From the NCBI RefSeq assembly GCF_009914755.1, contig NC_060940.1: a stretch of DNA of 64,000 bases. The stretch is one strand, 5' to 3'. This document shows, in pieces, positions 17,854-32,799 of this stretch; positions within the stretch are counted from its first letter, which is position 1, and every line of letters starts with the position of its first letter. The notes beneath the pieces were generated by a model, which worked only from the letters and a program-made list of their open reading frames with translations, was not told the DNA's origin and ran no database searches. Position numbers and translations under genes: made by a program. Source of the stretch: the human T2T-CHM13v2.0 reference genome, Homo sapiens.

Positions 17854-18119
17854 GGTCTTTGTGGTGGAGTCCAGGGTTGTGCAGGACATATCCTATGTGG
17901 CTGTATGTGACAGCCCTGGCTTTCTGTACCAGGCTGTAGCAGGTGGGACTCAGTGAGGTCCCTCAGCCATGGCTGTCTGACCAGTGCCATTCCATACCAG
18001 CTTGGGGAATGTTGCAAGGAGTTTCTTTTTGGATTCCAGCTTTCTGTCATACCATTTGGGGTTTCCAACTTCAGGTTGAGGGACCCAGCAGTATCTTCAT
18101 CTTTCTTTCTCAAAATGTC

Positions 18120-18412
<293 letters not shown>

Positions 18413-20569
18413 TCAAAATTTCTTTCTCCTGTGGTTTTCCCCCTTTGGACTCCCACCCCTTACCCAGGGTTGGAACTACTTATCTTCTTTGTAACAGGTA
18501 GGACCTATTGCCTTCTTCTATATCATCTCTATCCTACACCTTGTAGAAAGTCTCTATGCTCAGAACTCTAAGGGTTGCTTTAGAATTTAGAAATATACCT
18601 TTCTCTCTCAAGAAAGCCTGGACTATTGTCTCATGATGACATTGACAGCCTATTTTGGAAATCAAAAAGTAGACATTGCTCCATTCTCTTTGTGTTTCTG
18701 CTGCAACTATCCCAATCCTTCCCAAAGCAATAGATTCTCTGACTGGGAAGTGGAGGCATTCATATATTGCAAGAACATCATCTTCTTTGAGTAATTATAT
18801 CTGGCACTGTGCCTGGATCAGAGTAGCTGATAAACAAATATGATCTTGTGGCAGAGGGCTACAGGAGAGCGTTAGCATCTAGATTCCTTGATCTAATATG
18901 AAACCCATCCAAAGAGAATGAGATATTCTGAAGAATCATTCTTTACAGCAGGAAACAAATTCTGCCTTAGAGACTGGACCCTACATTTTGTGAAAGGGAC
19001 CTACGTCCATGACATCATCCAGGTGTGGCCAAGCCGTCATGGCATTCCAGGGAAGCTCCGGTTACAGCGACACGTTCTCACTTTTCCTTTATTTGACATT
19101 CAGCCACTCATATGGGGATAGCTTTCTTCAGTCACCATAACCACAGCCAGCTTACACATTTGTCTCTTTGAAATTAATCACTCTTTAGACTGCTTATTCT
19201 AATTTCTGCTTCCTGAAGGCAGAGCCAGCAGGCATCTCCACATGGTTTCTCCGTTCTCCAGCTGGAATTTCTGAAGGACACTGTGAGGCCACTTCCATTT
19301 CCGCTGCCTCCTGACCCTCTTCTACATCCCAGAGTCTACCTTACATCCCATGAATGGACAAGCAGTGGCGTATTTCTGACTGCGTGGGCTCCCTGCTGTC
19401 ACAGGGCACTTGCTGTCAACAGAAAGCAGGTGTTCTGGGAAGACTGGAGGAGCTGTGGGTGGTGAGGCAGACACTGGGCTTGGCTCTGGAAGCCCGAACT
19501 CAGAACATTAAGCTGAACCATCTGAAGCTCCTCCACGAAACAGGTTGTGCAAGTCTCTCTTCCCCTCTCTATGGGTTCATGCATATTCATAATTAGAACA
19601 ACTCCAGGCCGAAGATAATGATTCATGCAGGAAGCGCCATTCTGAACATTATTATCTGGGAGTGACAAATGAATTTCTAATTTAACATGTGTATTGCACA
19701 AATAGATCACAAGAACTTTAAAGTCAAAAGCATCCTTTGGAGTCATGCAACTTCTGTTGTAATGTAGCATAAAATGATAGGGGAAGGAGGGGATCTCCCA
19801 CTGGTGGGCTGTGCATAGCGGTTCCCTTCAAAGCAGAGGAGAAATAAAAGGGGGTGAGATTTCAGACACTGTTTGAGTCTACTATAGAAGCCAATAACAA
19901 TGACCAAGAATAAAACAACAGCGGCAACAACAAAAAGCCAGTCACTGGCACAAGCAATACCATTGTTTTGAGTTATTATTTGAGAATCAACAGAATCCTC
20001 CCTATTTTTTTCTCCTGCTGACAACAAAAACGGAGGGTAGGCCAGTTGGGTTCATTGGTTGCTCAATAAGAATCAGAGGGCAGTAACTGCAAGACAAGGC
20101 TGAAGAGGGAGTGGTAGAATTGATTTCAGCTGCATTTCAATACCGGTTTCATGTTGAAATACTAATTTATAGCATGATAATATGATAGCAACACTGTCTG
20201 CCTGGCTGCAAAGACTGGCCTCTTCCAGCTTGTCAAAGCTGACAGTCAAGCGTAAAATGGCTACTGTCAAGGAATGGCAGCTCTTTTAAGACTAGGTCTT
20301 AAGCCATTTCTTAAAGTTCTGTATTTCTGTCATCACTGTCCCCCATCTCCCAATCCCTTTTCTTTCTAAATGCTAGAATAAACTGGCTGCGCATTCTCCT
20401 ACCTACTACAGCATTCACCAAAAGCCTGTGGAAAATTCATACTGTACTAGAGCCTGGATATCTACTTTTGATCTCTCTCTTCTCTTCTCTTCTCTTCTCT
20501 TTTCTTCTCTATTTCTTTTCTTTCTTAGCTAATAATGTATTTTAAAATGTTAACTAATCATTTTATGTA

Positions 20570-20780
20570 AAATCAGGTGTTATGGTAAAGCACATTACTT
20601 TCATGACCTCATTAAATTCTCACAACAACCTATGACAAAAATGCTACCCTGATTTGCTGATGATAAAACTGAGGCTCTAAGACATAAAGTGACTTGCCTG
20701 AATTCACAGAGCCTGTGATGGCAGAGGCGGGAGTAGTGGAAACCAGTTCTGCTTGACTTCAGAGGCCACTCCTGTCATTC
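20570..20780 (-). mobile_element. MIR
   Basis: ctcacaacaacctatg...aaactgaggctct...aagtgacttgcc core. Confidence 0.7.
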
Positions 20781-21403
20781 CTAAACTGGATATATTTAAT
20801 GCTAAGGAGGCATGTCTTTTTAAGAATGTTTGTACAAATATTGATCGAGTGGAACCCTGGTGAAGGACCTTGCTTGGAACTGGACAGTCAGGTTCCCTGG
20901 CTTCCTCCAGCTGCCTCCCACCCTGTGGGATGAGGTGGTGACAAAGCCCAGAGGATGTGCTTGTCTGGGACGTAGATCCCTTCTGCACCACAGTCTGGGA
21001 CAGTCAGGCTTGTACCCTCACCACTCCAGCCCCCAAGAAAAGCTTCTGCTTATCTCCCAGTAGTCCCATCTCTGAATGGAGCACCTCCCCATAACTAAAC
21101 CAATCACTGAGCCGAGGCAGGGGATGTGGGGTGCTCTGATTGGCCAGGTAGTCACATGCCCCTTCCTGGAGTTGTGAACGAAGTTACCACCATCTGAATA
21201 TGGTAGTCTGAGAATAGGAGAAAGGTCCCGGTACTTGTCAGGATGACTAAGGTGTTGTGAGCGGAAGCGGGAAGAAATGCCCCCAACACATGTCCACTGG
21301 ACTTGTGAAGCTTCCCTGCCTCTCAACTCCTCTGGGCTCTGGGGGTTGTAGGAGAATGTATTAGGAAGAGACACAGAAGGGAATGGAAGATAAGAGAAAA
21401 ACA

Positions 21404-22531
<1,128 letters not shown>

Positions 22532-23477
22532 CCCGTTGTTGTTTTTACAAAGGCCCCTTTTCTAACCATTGATCTACACTGAGACAGTCTCAAGAATAAA
22601 GTCCTCTGGTTACCTCCACCTGGTGCTTGGTGTGGTGCCTGACACACAGTAGGCACTTAATAATTGTTGAGCTGTCAAATGGAACTGAAATGCTGAATGA
22701 CAACCAGGGAAAGGTAATTATGAGTGAAAACTTAAGTCATAGAAAGGAAACAGCCTTCTGGGCACACAGAGAACTGATGGTTTCCTTCATGATGGTATGA
22801 CCATAGACAAGGCTTGTGTACAAAGGCAGCCTACCATTTACTGCATCCTTTTTGGCTGCCACAAAGCTGTAACTAAACAGGCTCAATGTTTGTGATGGGC
22901 CACTGGTTAATAATAATAACACTCTTTGAACATTTATCAAGAGCTAGATGCTTGTGCATTATCTCATTTAACTCTCATAATGGTCCCATGAACGGGGATG
23001 TTATTATTATGCTCCTTTTATAGGCTGGAAGAGATTAAGTAACTTGGCCAAGGTCACATACCTCTAATAGGGCAAGGCCAGGGTATAAATCCACCGGTCT
23101 GATTCCGAGGTCCCAGTAGTTAAGCACTCTGCTACTTACTTACCACCAGACAGTGCCGTAACGGTGGTCCCGCAAAAGTATTTTATGGTTTAGAGTTCAG
23201 GCAACACCAGTGAGAGGAACACTGATAAACTGAAGTATCTATCTTAGGAAACCAGATTAAAGTGATGGAGGGATGGATGGAGAACCTTTGTGGGAGTCTA
23301 TTTATCAGGGAGAATGTAAAGACTCTCCAAGAAAAAGAAGCACCTTCAGGTCCCTTGGGGACCATCAGGGAAGCAAGAACTAGATTTGTTTTGGGTAGTT
23401 TCAGGCAAAACCTAGAAACATCATGTTTTCTCTAAGTTGACAGATTCCCATACAGTATGAAGGACACACTTTCTAAC

Positions 23478-23675
23478 CCAGGGCTTCTCAAACATGAGTG
23501 TGCTTATGTATCACCTAGAGAGCTTGTTAATGCACACACTTCTCACCCCCTACTCCCCAAAGAGATTCTGATTCAGTACATCTGGGATGGAGTGTGACCC
23601 ATTGCGCTTCTGATAAGCTTCTACATGCTGCCGTTGCTATGCTTGGGACCACACTTTGAGTGGCAATGCCCTAGA
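23478..23675. mobile_element. MER5A-like hAT MITE
   Basis: cagggcttctcaaac...agattctgattcagta...ggaccacactttgag. Confidence 0.75.
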
Positions 23676-23708
23676 CCAGGGGTCAACAAACTTTCTCTGT
23701 AAAGAGCC

Positions 23709-24112
23709 TGTTGTAGTTTGGATATTTGTCTCCTCGTTTTGAAATGCGATCCCCAGTGTTGTAGGTGGGACCTAGTGGGAGGTGTTTTGGTCATAGGGGT
23801 CCCTCATGAATGGCGTGGTGTAGTCCCTGCATTGAGTGAGTTCTAACTCTATTAGTTCATGAAAGATCTGATTGTTAAAAAGAGCATGGCACCCCTCCTC
23901 TCCCTCTCTTGCTCTCTGTCTCACCGTATGACTTGCCTGTTCCCTCTTTGCCTTCCTGCATGGTAAAAGCTTCCTGAGGCCTCACCAGAAGCAGAGGCTG
24001 GTGCCAGGCTTCTTGTACAGCCTGCAGAACCATGAGCTGAATACACCTCTTTTCTTTATAAATTGCCCAGCCTCAGGTATTCCTTTATAGCAATGCAAAA
24101 TGGACTAATACA
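23709..24112 (+). mobile_element. MSTB-like MaLR solo LTR inserted in a MER58A-like MITE (~23675-24245)
   Basis: TG...ctaataCA termini; 5-bp TSD gagcc at 23704-23708 and 24113-24117. Confidence 0.9.
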
Positions 24113-24416
24113 GAGCCTGAAAGTGAATATTTTAGGCTCCTGGAGCAACTACTCTTTCGTTGTCATGCAAAAGCAGCTATACACACAATGCAAATGAATG
24201 AGCATGTGTTTCAATAAAACTTTATTTACAAAAATAGGCAGCTAAGCCCTTCTGCATCAGTTAGTGTTCTTAGCTGGCAGCAACAGTAATCACTTGCTAG
24301 TTTAATGAGGAAATGAGTTGCTTACAGCTTCCCTTTGGGCTACCACAGAGCCTATTACCACTATCGGCTATGACCTTGTCCAGTGTTACTGATGCTTTAA
24401 GAAGACCCAAGTCCCA

Positions 24417-24726
24417 GGCCGGGTACGGTGGCTCATGCCTGTAATCCCAGCACTTCGCGAGGTTGAGGCAGGTGGATCACCTGAGCTCAGGAGTTCGAGA
24501 CCAGCCTGGCCAACATGGTGAAACCCCATCTGTACTAAAAATACAAAAATTAGCTGGGCATAGTGGTGGTGGGCACCTGTAACCCCAGCTACTCAAGAGG
24601 CTGAGGCAAGAGAATCGCTTGAACCTGGGAGGCAGAGGTTGCAGTGAGCGAGATTGTGCCATTGTACTCCAGCCAGGGCAACAAGAGCGAAACTCCATCT
24701 CAAAAAAAAAAAAAAAAAAAAGAAAA
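24417..24726 (+). mobile_element. AluS
   Basis: TSD aagaagacccaagt(c/t)cca at 24399-24416 and 24727-24744. Confidence 0.92.
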
Positions 24727-26606
24727 AAGAAGACCCAAGTTCCATTTCTGCCAAGTCATCTGCTGCATCTTAGATCTCAGTTGGAAGACAGCAGAAGGGT
24801 GTGTTCTGTCTCTGTGCCTGTGTGTGGCTGACACACATGAGCAGCTCTCCTCTGAAGCTGAAAGTTGTCTACGCTCAAGTTACTCACAATGGGCAAAGTA
24901 TGATGGCGGGGCATTCCCATCAAGTGCATTATTCCATCCCTCTTGCACCATACACATCAACAGAATCTGCCTTATGCAAGAGCTGATAGACACAGACAGA
25001 CATGCAGGGTGCTGGGAGAGCCTTGGGTCCAATCAGTCAAGTCATCAAGTCTGGGACAAGGAGCATATAATTGAACCCAACTCAAGGCTAAACTCAAGTT
25101 CCAGGAATGCCAGAAAATCCTTATCCCCAAGAAGCAAGCCTTCATCAAATTCAGTTTAACTGTTAGTTTGAGTCATGGTGGCAGAATAACACTTGGTTGG
25201 TTATGAAGTCAAAAATAATCCCAAACGTGGTCTCTTGGATAAGAGCTGGAACCCTGGGTCATGAGGGAACTGATGTGTATTCTCTTTCTAGGGAACTCCT
25301 TGGGCTGGTTTCATCTACTTAAAACCATAACCACTGGTAATCTCTCTATTCTCTCTCATACACACACACATGTATGCTTGTACACACACACACACACACA
25401 CACATATAGATTCTTACTAAAGGATATTTGTTGCAGACACTCAGAGAATCTCCAGAGAAACCTGGCTTAGAGGCCGTGGATTCAGGGACATCGCTGAAGC
25501 CCTGTGCTGGTGGAATTCCCACTACTGATATCTTGGGCCAGGAACTGCATTCTGGGAACCAGCACTGGGTATGGGATGCTATTGCAGGGATCTCTGCCTT
25601 TGTTATCTCTGGAAGCTGGACATTCCTACTGCTCCTCTCTCTGGGATAGATTCTGTGTGGGAACTAGAGGAAAAGTCTCACACAGATATGACTGAATGGT
25701 GGACCCTAGGCCACACGCCTCTGCCCTCTCTGCAAAAGCTTCTAGGAAAGAAAGTTTTAAGCTTCTGCCACAACGTGGGTAAACGCTTCAAACAAAAGAA
25801 GGGTACACAGAGAAGCAGAGTGATAAAGAGGGATTTTACAGTGCCCATTATACCTCTGAAGACAGCTTTTTGGGATTAGGTTCAAGGCATCTAGGGCCTT
25901 TATCCAGTGTTTTTTCTACTTTTCCCCTCTTTTTAAATTAACCTCAAGTTTCTTCCATATCCTTTATGTTCTTGAGCCCTCAACACACACACACGCACAC
26001 ACACACGTCAATTTCTCCCCACTACCAGTCCCTCAGGAAGGGCTTAGCTTAGTCATAAAAATGAAACCCAAATTATTAGCAAAGCAAAATCTGCTTCTCT
26101 CTTTCCTAGAGAGAAGGAATCCTTCAGTTCTCAAAAACACATGGTAGATAGTTTAAAAAAAAATTGAGAAAGAATTTGAGTTGAACAATTCATATTATAA
26201 TACAAAGTTAACTTCAGACCATTTAATAATCAAAATTGCAAACAAATTGGTTTGAATTGCAGCAAGACAGCTTTCTGGTTTTCAGGCTTGTGGCAACATG
26301 GAATTCCTTTCCTGGAGGTCTTTAGGGAATTGGCTGGATCTACCAAGTGGGCTGGCATAATTATGTCATCTTTGGGTGTGGAGATAGAGAAGTGGATCAA
26401 ATAAATGGCGTTCACATGTCCCTGCTAGCCTTGCTTGAATACTGTTAGTGTGTAGTACCCACATCTAGGAGATGGCGGTGCAACGCTAAACATTCCAGCG
26501 AGGACAGACTCACAAGTGCTCGCATGTCTGGCGGGAGAGGCAGAGGTAGCTGGAACCAGGAACAAAGGACTGAGTCTGGGGTTGGGTTAACTACTGCTTA
26601 TTTTAT

Positions 26607-26902
26607 TTTATTTATTTGTTTTGGTACAGAGTCTCATTCTATTGCCCAGGCTGGAGCGCAGTGGTGTGATCTCAGCTCACTGCAGCCTCCGCCTCCCGGG
26701 TTCAAGTGATTCTCTTGCCTCAGCCTCCTGAATAGCTGGGACTACAGGCGCTCACCACCATGCCTGGCTAATCTTTGTATTTTTAGTAGAGACAGGGTTT
26801 CATCATGTTGGTCAGGCTGATCTCGAACTCCTGACCTTGTGATCCGCCCACCTCAGCCTCCCAAAATGCTGGGATTACAGGCGTGAGCCACTGTGCCGGG
26901 CC
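26607..26902 (-). mobile_element. AluSc/Y-like
   Basis: TSD ctactgcttattttat at 26591 and 26903. Confidence 0.9.
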
Positions 26903-27099
26903 CTACTGCTTATTTTATCCCCAATCCAACCCCAATAAGTTTTGCGATTGCTAGAGACCCCGAAATTGCCAGAGTAGTTGAGGAGTACTCTAACATTTTC
27001 TCTGACTCTTAGTTAAACATTGGCAACTTTTCCGAGACTATAAATTTGACTGGGGCCCAGTCATTTCTCTCTTTGTAGTCTGTGAAAATTAACTGAGTC

Positions 27100-27500
27100 T
27101 GCAGGGGCTGCAATCACCGCCAAAAACCGCAAGTGTGGGCTGTTCCTCCACACTGACAAAAATAACAGCTAATTAGGCTGCAACACCCCAAGGAAAGTGA
27201 ACTTACGCCACCAATCGCAGGATGGCATGCAAAACGTCGCCATGGCAACCGGCATTTACAGCTCTTCAATTTTAATATATCAAAGGCTAAGGGTAATTTC
27301 CCAGCGAGAATACAGGAGGGTGGATTTCTCCCCTCTTTATTCTTTCTGCCGGTCTTTTGCCAGTACTGTGAGTACGGAAGCTCTATTCCTGTGGCAACAG
27401 GTTTTAAAGGAAGAGAGCCTTGTGAAAGCATGAAACACCTGGCGTGGGACTCCTGGAAATGCTGGGTGCCTCGGGAGGCGCAGGGAGAAAGGCATGGCAT
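27100..27500. promoter_or_regulatory. Candidate cis-regulatory element: RFX X-box(es) plus CCAAT
   Basis: GTCGCCATGGCAAC 27236-27249 (1 mismatch to the RFX palindrome); ATTCCTGTGGCAAC 27385-27398; CCAATC 27211-27216; local CpG excess in non-repeat DNA. Confidence 0.5.
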
Positions 27501-27605
27501 TCTTCTTAGAGTCTAGGCTGGGTGAACAGAGCTGAGAGGAGGTGAAGTGTGAGCTGTGAACTTTTGCCCTCAATTGCAGGTGAACTTTCTGTTTGCATAA
27601 AAATG

Positions 27606-28945
27606 TTTTCTTTTCTCCCCTCTTTCCCCTCCTCTGCCCTTCCCTCCTCTCCCCTCTCCTCTCTCCTCTCCTCTCCCCTCTCCTCTCCCCTCTCCTCTCC
27701 TCTCCTCTCCCCGCTCCTCCCCTCCACGCTCCTCCCCGCTCCTCCCCTCCACGTTCCTCCCCTCCCCTCTCCTCCCCGCTCCTCCCCTCCCCTCCCCACT
27801 CCTCCCCTCCCCTCCTCTCCCAGCTGTTCCCCTCCCCTCCCCTCCCCGCTCTTCCCCTCCCCTCCCCGCTCTTCCCCTCCCCTCCCCGCTCTTCCCCTCC
27901 CCTCCCCGCTCTTCCCCTCCCCTCCCTCCTCTTCCCCTCCCCTCCCCTCTCTTCCCCTCCCCTCCCCGCTCTTCCCCTCCCCTCCCCGCTCCTCCCCTCC
28001 CCTCCCCGCTCCTCCCTTCCCCTCCCCGCTCCTCCCCTCCCCTCCCCGCTCCTCCCCTCCCCTCCCCGCTCCTCCCCTCCCCTCCCCGCTCCTCCCCTCC
28101 CCTCCCCTCTCCTCCTGTCCCCTCTCCTCCCGTCCCCTCTCCTCCCATCCCCTCCCCTCCCCTTTCCTCCCATCCCCTCCCCTTCCCCTCCCCTCCCCTC
28201 CCCTCTCCTCCCCTCCCCTCCCCTCCCCTCCCCTCTCCTCCCCTCCCCTCCCCTCCCCTCCCCTCTCCTCCCCTCCCCTCCCCTCTCCTCCCCTCCCCTC
28301 CCCTCCCCTCTCCTCCCCTCCCCTCTCCTCCCCTCCCCTCCCCTCCCCTCCCCTCTCCTCCCCTCCCCTCTCCTCCCCTCCCCTCCCCTCCCCTCTCCTC
28401 CCGTCCCCTCCCCTCCCCTCTCCTCCCATTCCCTCTCATCCTGTCCCCTCCCCTCCCCTCCCCTTTCCTCCCATTCCCTCCCCTCCCCACTCCTCCCCTC
28501 CCCTCCCCTCCCCTCCCTGGTCCTCCCCTCCCCTCCCCTCCCCTCCCCGGTCCTCCCCTCCCTGCTCCTCCCCTCCCCGCTCCTCCCCTCCCCCCTCCTC
28601 CCCTCCCGTCCCCTCCCCTCCCGTCCCCTCCCCTCCCCTCCCCTCTCCTCCCATCCCCTCCCCTCCCCTCTCCTCCCATCCCCTCTCCTCCCATCCCCTC
28701 CCCTCCCCTTTCCTCCCATCCCCTCCCCTTCCCCTCCCCTCCCTTCCCCTCCCCTTTCCTCCCCTCCCTTCCCCTCCCCTTTCCTCCCCTCTCTTCCCCT
28801 CCCCTCCACTCCCCTCCCCTCCCCTTTTCTCTTGTTGGCCCTCCCTTTCTTCCTCCCTCCCTTCTTCCTTTTTTACCTCCCTCCCTCTTTGCTTTTCCCC
28901 CCCTTCCCTCCCTCCTTCCTTTTTTCCCTCCCTCCCTCCCTGCCT
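27606..28945. repeat. Polypyrimidine/polypurine (CCCCT)n compound repeat with a 20-bp higher-order unit
   Basis: ~1.3 kb nearly all C/T on the + strand; cctccccgct(c/t)tcccctcc-type unit at ~27830-28100. Confidence 0.97.
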
Positions 28946-29229
28946 TCTGGTTTTGTTGAGTGCTTACTCTGCATCAGGCACCCAATAGGCATCGTCTCAT
29001 GTATTCTTCATCACTACATTGTAAGATAAACACTATTCTTATTTTAGAGATGAGGACATTGGGATGACGAGTCCTAATCTCACAGTAAGTTGTAGAGCCT
29101 GGATTTAAGCCAAGTCAGACCTCACAACCCAGGACCCTTGTAGTTTGTGTCTCCTCTGTGTTACTAAAACTTACTCTGTAAAAATGGAGGTGGATATATT
29201 TATTAAAGTCACTGCCATCACCATCATGA

Positions 29230-29590
29230 GTTGGTCAGTGCTGCATAACAAACACCCACACAATCTTAGTGGCATGCAGTGAATAAGCATCTACTTTGCT
29301 GCAGGATAGGATGACTCTGTGATTATTCTGGGACTCAGGCTGAAGGGAAAGTGCTTCTCACGGTGATGATGTTAGTCACTAGAGGGTATGCCCAACCACA
29401 TAAGTGCATTTCAAATCTGTCCCATGTCATATCTGCTAATATCCCATTGGCCAAAGCAAGTCACGAAGTTGAGCCCAAAGTCAAGAATTGGGAAAGCATA
29501 CCCTCCCTTTTGTTGAAGTAATTGCAAATTTTTATAGTAAGGGTGTGAACACAAAGAGAGGTAAAGAATTGGGGCCCCAGAATCATTCTA
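29230..29590 (-). mobile_element. MLT1 (MaLR) LTR remnant
   Basis: gctgcataacaaac...cccattggccaaagcaagtcac motifs. Confidence 0.65.
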
Positions 29591-30674
29591 GTTCAGTAAC
29601 TGTCTATCATCATCATCATCAACTTCATGATCTCTGTGAACCAAGCTTCTCTTTACCTTTGTCTGTGTTTAAATAATGAGTGATCTCTTTATAAAGTTCT
29701 TCAAAGAGGACAGTCATTCGATTGAAGCAAAATAATAATTATTATTGAGCACATACTATGTCCCAGGCACTGCACTGGGGCTACATCAGTGAACAAAACA
29801 TCCCATCTCAAAATAACTTACTGGGAACCCTAAAGCCCTGTGCTAGACATTGAGAAGCCCGCAAGAAATTCTAACACATGCCAAAACCATTCTGAATATT
29901 TCACAGAAGATGTCTGTGCATCAAAATCACCTGAGGAACTTGTTAAACACCAAGACTTTCAGAACTTGCCACCAACAACTCTAGGTCATAGGGTTAACTC
30001 TCAACCTATCCCATTGAAAACCTTGCCCCAAACTACAGTTGAGTTGTAGGAAAAGAAAGTTACAGGAAATAAACTACACGTACACCCTCTTCTTTGGCTA
30101 CTCCTTGGGCAACAGGCCTTGATTAAAGTTTCCAGTAAATCTCTTCCAGTCCCCAGCCCCCATTCCAACAGTGTTAGTGAAACCAGGAAGTTGGAGCCAC
30201 ATGTGATGAGGAAAGACACAGGTCCCCTCTTCCTGTCCCTCTAGGGAACCTCGGAGAGATGTGGGGCTCCAGTCATATTCTGGTTGGGAGTTGGAGACAA
30301 TTTCGTTGAATTCTAAATTACCAGACTCTTTAGTGAGCGTCAGGATCATCATGATGACTCTAGAAGGGAGGTGTTACGAATTCTATTTTGGCAGTCAAAA
30401 ATGCAAACACTGAGAGAAGGATCTCACTGTGATCACATAGCTAATGACTGAGTCCAAATCAGAGTCCAGGTGTTCTAAATTCTTAGGTTTCTATCCTAAT
30501 AGCAGCACTGCCCATGAGCTCGGTGAGCTGGGGCTTATTACTTAATTTGACCCCAGTTTCCACATTTTTTAAAACGGGGAGTGGTGCACATAGTTATCAG
30601 TAATTTCCAGAGTTACATATATGCAAAGTGCTCAGCAGTGTACCTGGCACATGTAATAAATTTAACCAACAAAC

Positions 30675-31600
30675 CCCAGTGGTAGCAGCATTTACCTGTG
30701 ATTTTGTTATCAACAGATAACAAAAAGTAATTATCTCTTTACAGTTGCTAGAGACATCTCAAAATAGTATTAATGCTCATCACTTCTTCAAATTCACACT
30801 AATTTCAGACACACCATTAGTTCTTGTTATTTAGTAAATTAATGAGGGAGCACACTTGGCAAGAAACGAAACAAGGAGTCTTCTGGGGGGATGGAAAGAT
30901 TTCCCATTTCTTTAGAAGTGTGAGTTACAGAACCATATCCATTTGTCAAAATTGTTCAGTTCAGAACTGCAGACTCGCATGTAAATTTTCCCTACGTTGA
31001 AGACAATGAAAAAAGGGCAAATGATGTTTTCTGCAAGTTTCAGGAATCTATAAATAAATTGCAAGGCCATGTTTAAACACTTTTTTTAGAGCACTTTATA
31101 GTTGTTCAATCATCAACAGTATTGATATGCCAATTTCAATGCTTTTTTCCATCATAATCTGTTTATTATAGCAGATCTTCTAAAGGTTTCTTAACAGTTA
31201 CTGCACTAGAACACTAGGGCAAATTTGTATTGTAAATGTAAATTTTGCATATATTGGAGATTTCAACATCTTAAAGAATGGTAGGATATTGATGATCGTG
31301 GAAGGTGGGAAATGGGTGCATGGGTTCATTATACTATTCTATTTATTCTGTTTATGTTGGATGTTTTCCATGATGAATTTTTAAAGATATTTTTAATGAT
31401 AAATTTTTAAAAGAACCTCATATATTAGTTTATCACAACTTAAAAATATTGTGATAACTGTAGTTCAATATAATTGGTTTTTTTCTGAGTTACTATGCAT
31501 TTTACTTTATGCATAGTAAAAACCCACTTTTTCTGAGATGAGATCCCTAGGCTTCACCAGACAACTGAAGATTTCCTTGACACTAAAATATTTAAGATCT
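30675..31600. mobile_element. hAT-Charlie (Charlie4-like) remnant split by L1M fragments and a duplicated segment
   Basis: Recalled consensus similarity at 30675-30850 and 31410-31600 (caatataattggttt...taggcttcaccagac). Confidence 0.5.
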
Positions 31601-32127
31601 CTTCTCCCTTTTCATGCTTTCCCTGAGCATGAGTTTTCAGCTTGCTTCAGAATCACAGTCTTACACATTTGCAGAGAGCTTTACAGTTTACAAAGTCTTT
31701 TCCCCCATCTTCACGCGTCATCTGCCTAGCTGTGGGGACTTGCAGATGGTACCTAGGACTAAAGATCAAGTTTCCAAAAGTTGTTCCTTTGGAAAATGAG
31801 GGATTTACCAGAAATGCTGATAATCCCAGTATCTGAACCTAATAAGCAATCTGTGAGATTAATTAGATAAGAGGTGGTCAGTTTTACTTTGAGAATGATC
31901 TGAAAAATAGGCATTTTTAAAATTAATAAAAACAATTTCTTTGCATGTGCTGAAGATCTACGTTTGTAAACCTCAAAATCTTGAAAACACCTCACTTGTT
32001 CAGAAACAAATCAAGATTAAGGAAAATTTTGAATTATGAAATATATTGAATTATGAAATACGTTATTTCTTTTAGGTCCAACCAGACATTCTAACTAAGC
32101 TAACAGAATGTTGCCCTAGAGGTCTAG

Positions 32128-32799
<672 letters not shown>

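Noticed and set aside
26465-26480. CTCF-like motif CTAGGAGATGGCGG
   Set aside because: Several mismatches; not supportable without ChIP data
27211-27249. MHC-II-like X-Y enhanceosome module
   Set aside because: Spacing is shorter than in the recalled HLA-DRA arrangement and there is no X2/CRE or S box; kept only as generic RFX + CCAAT
27337-29029. 300-490 aa G/R/E-rich and P/S/L-rich ORFs on both strands
   Set aside because: By-product of the stop-free (CCCCT)n repeat; no domain or splice evidence
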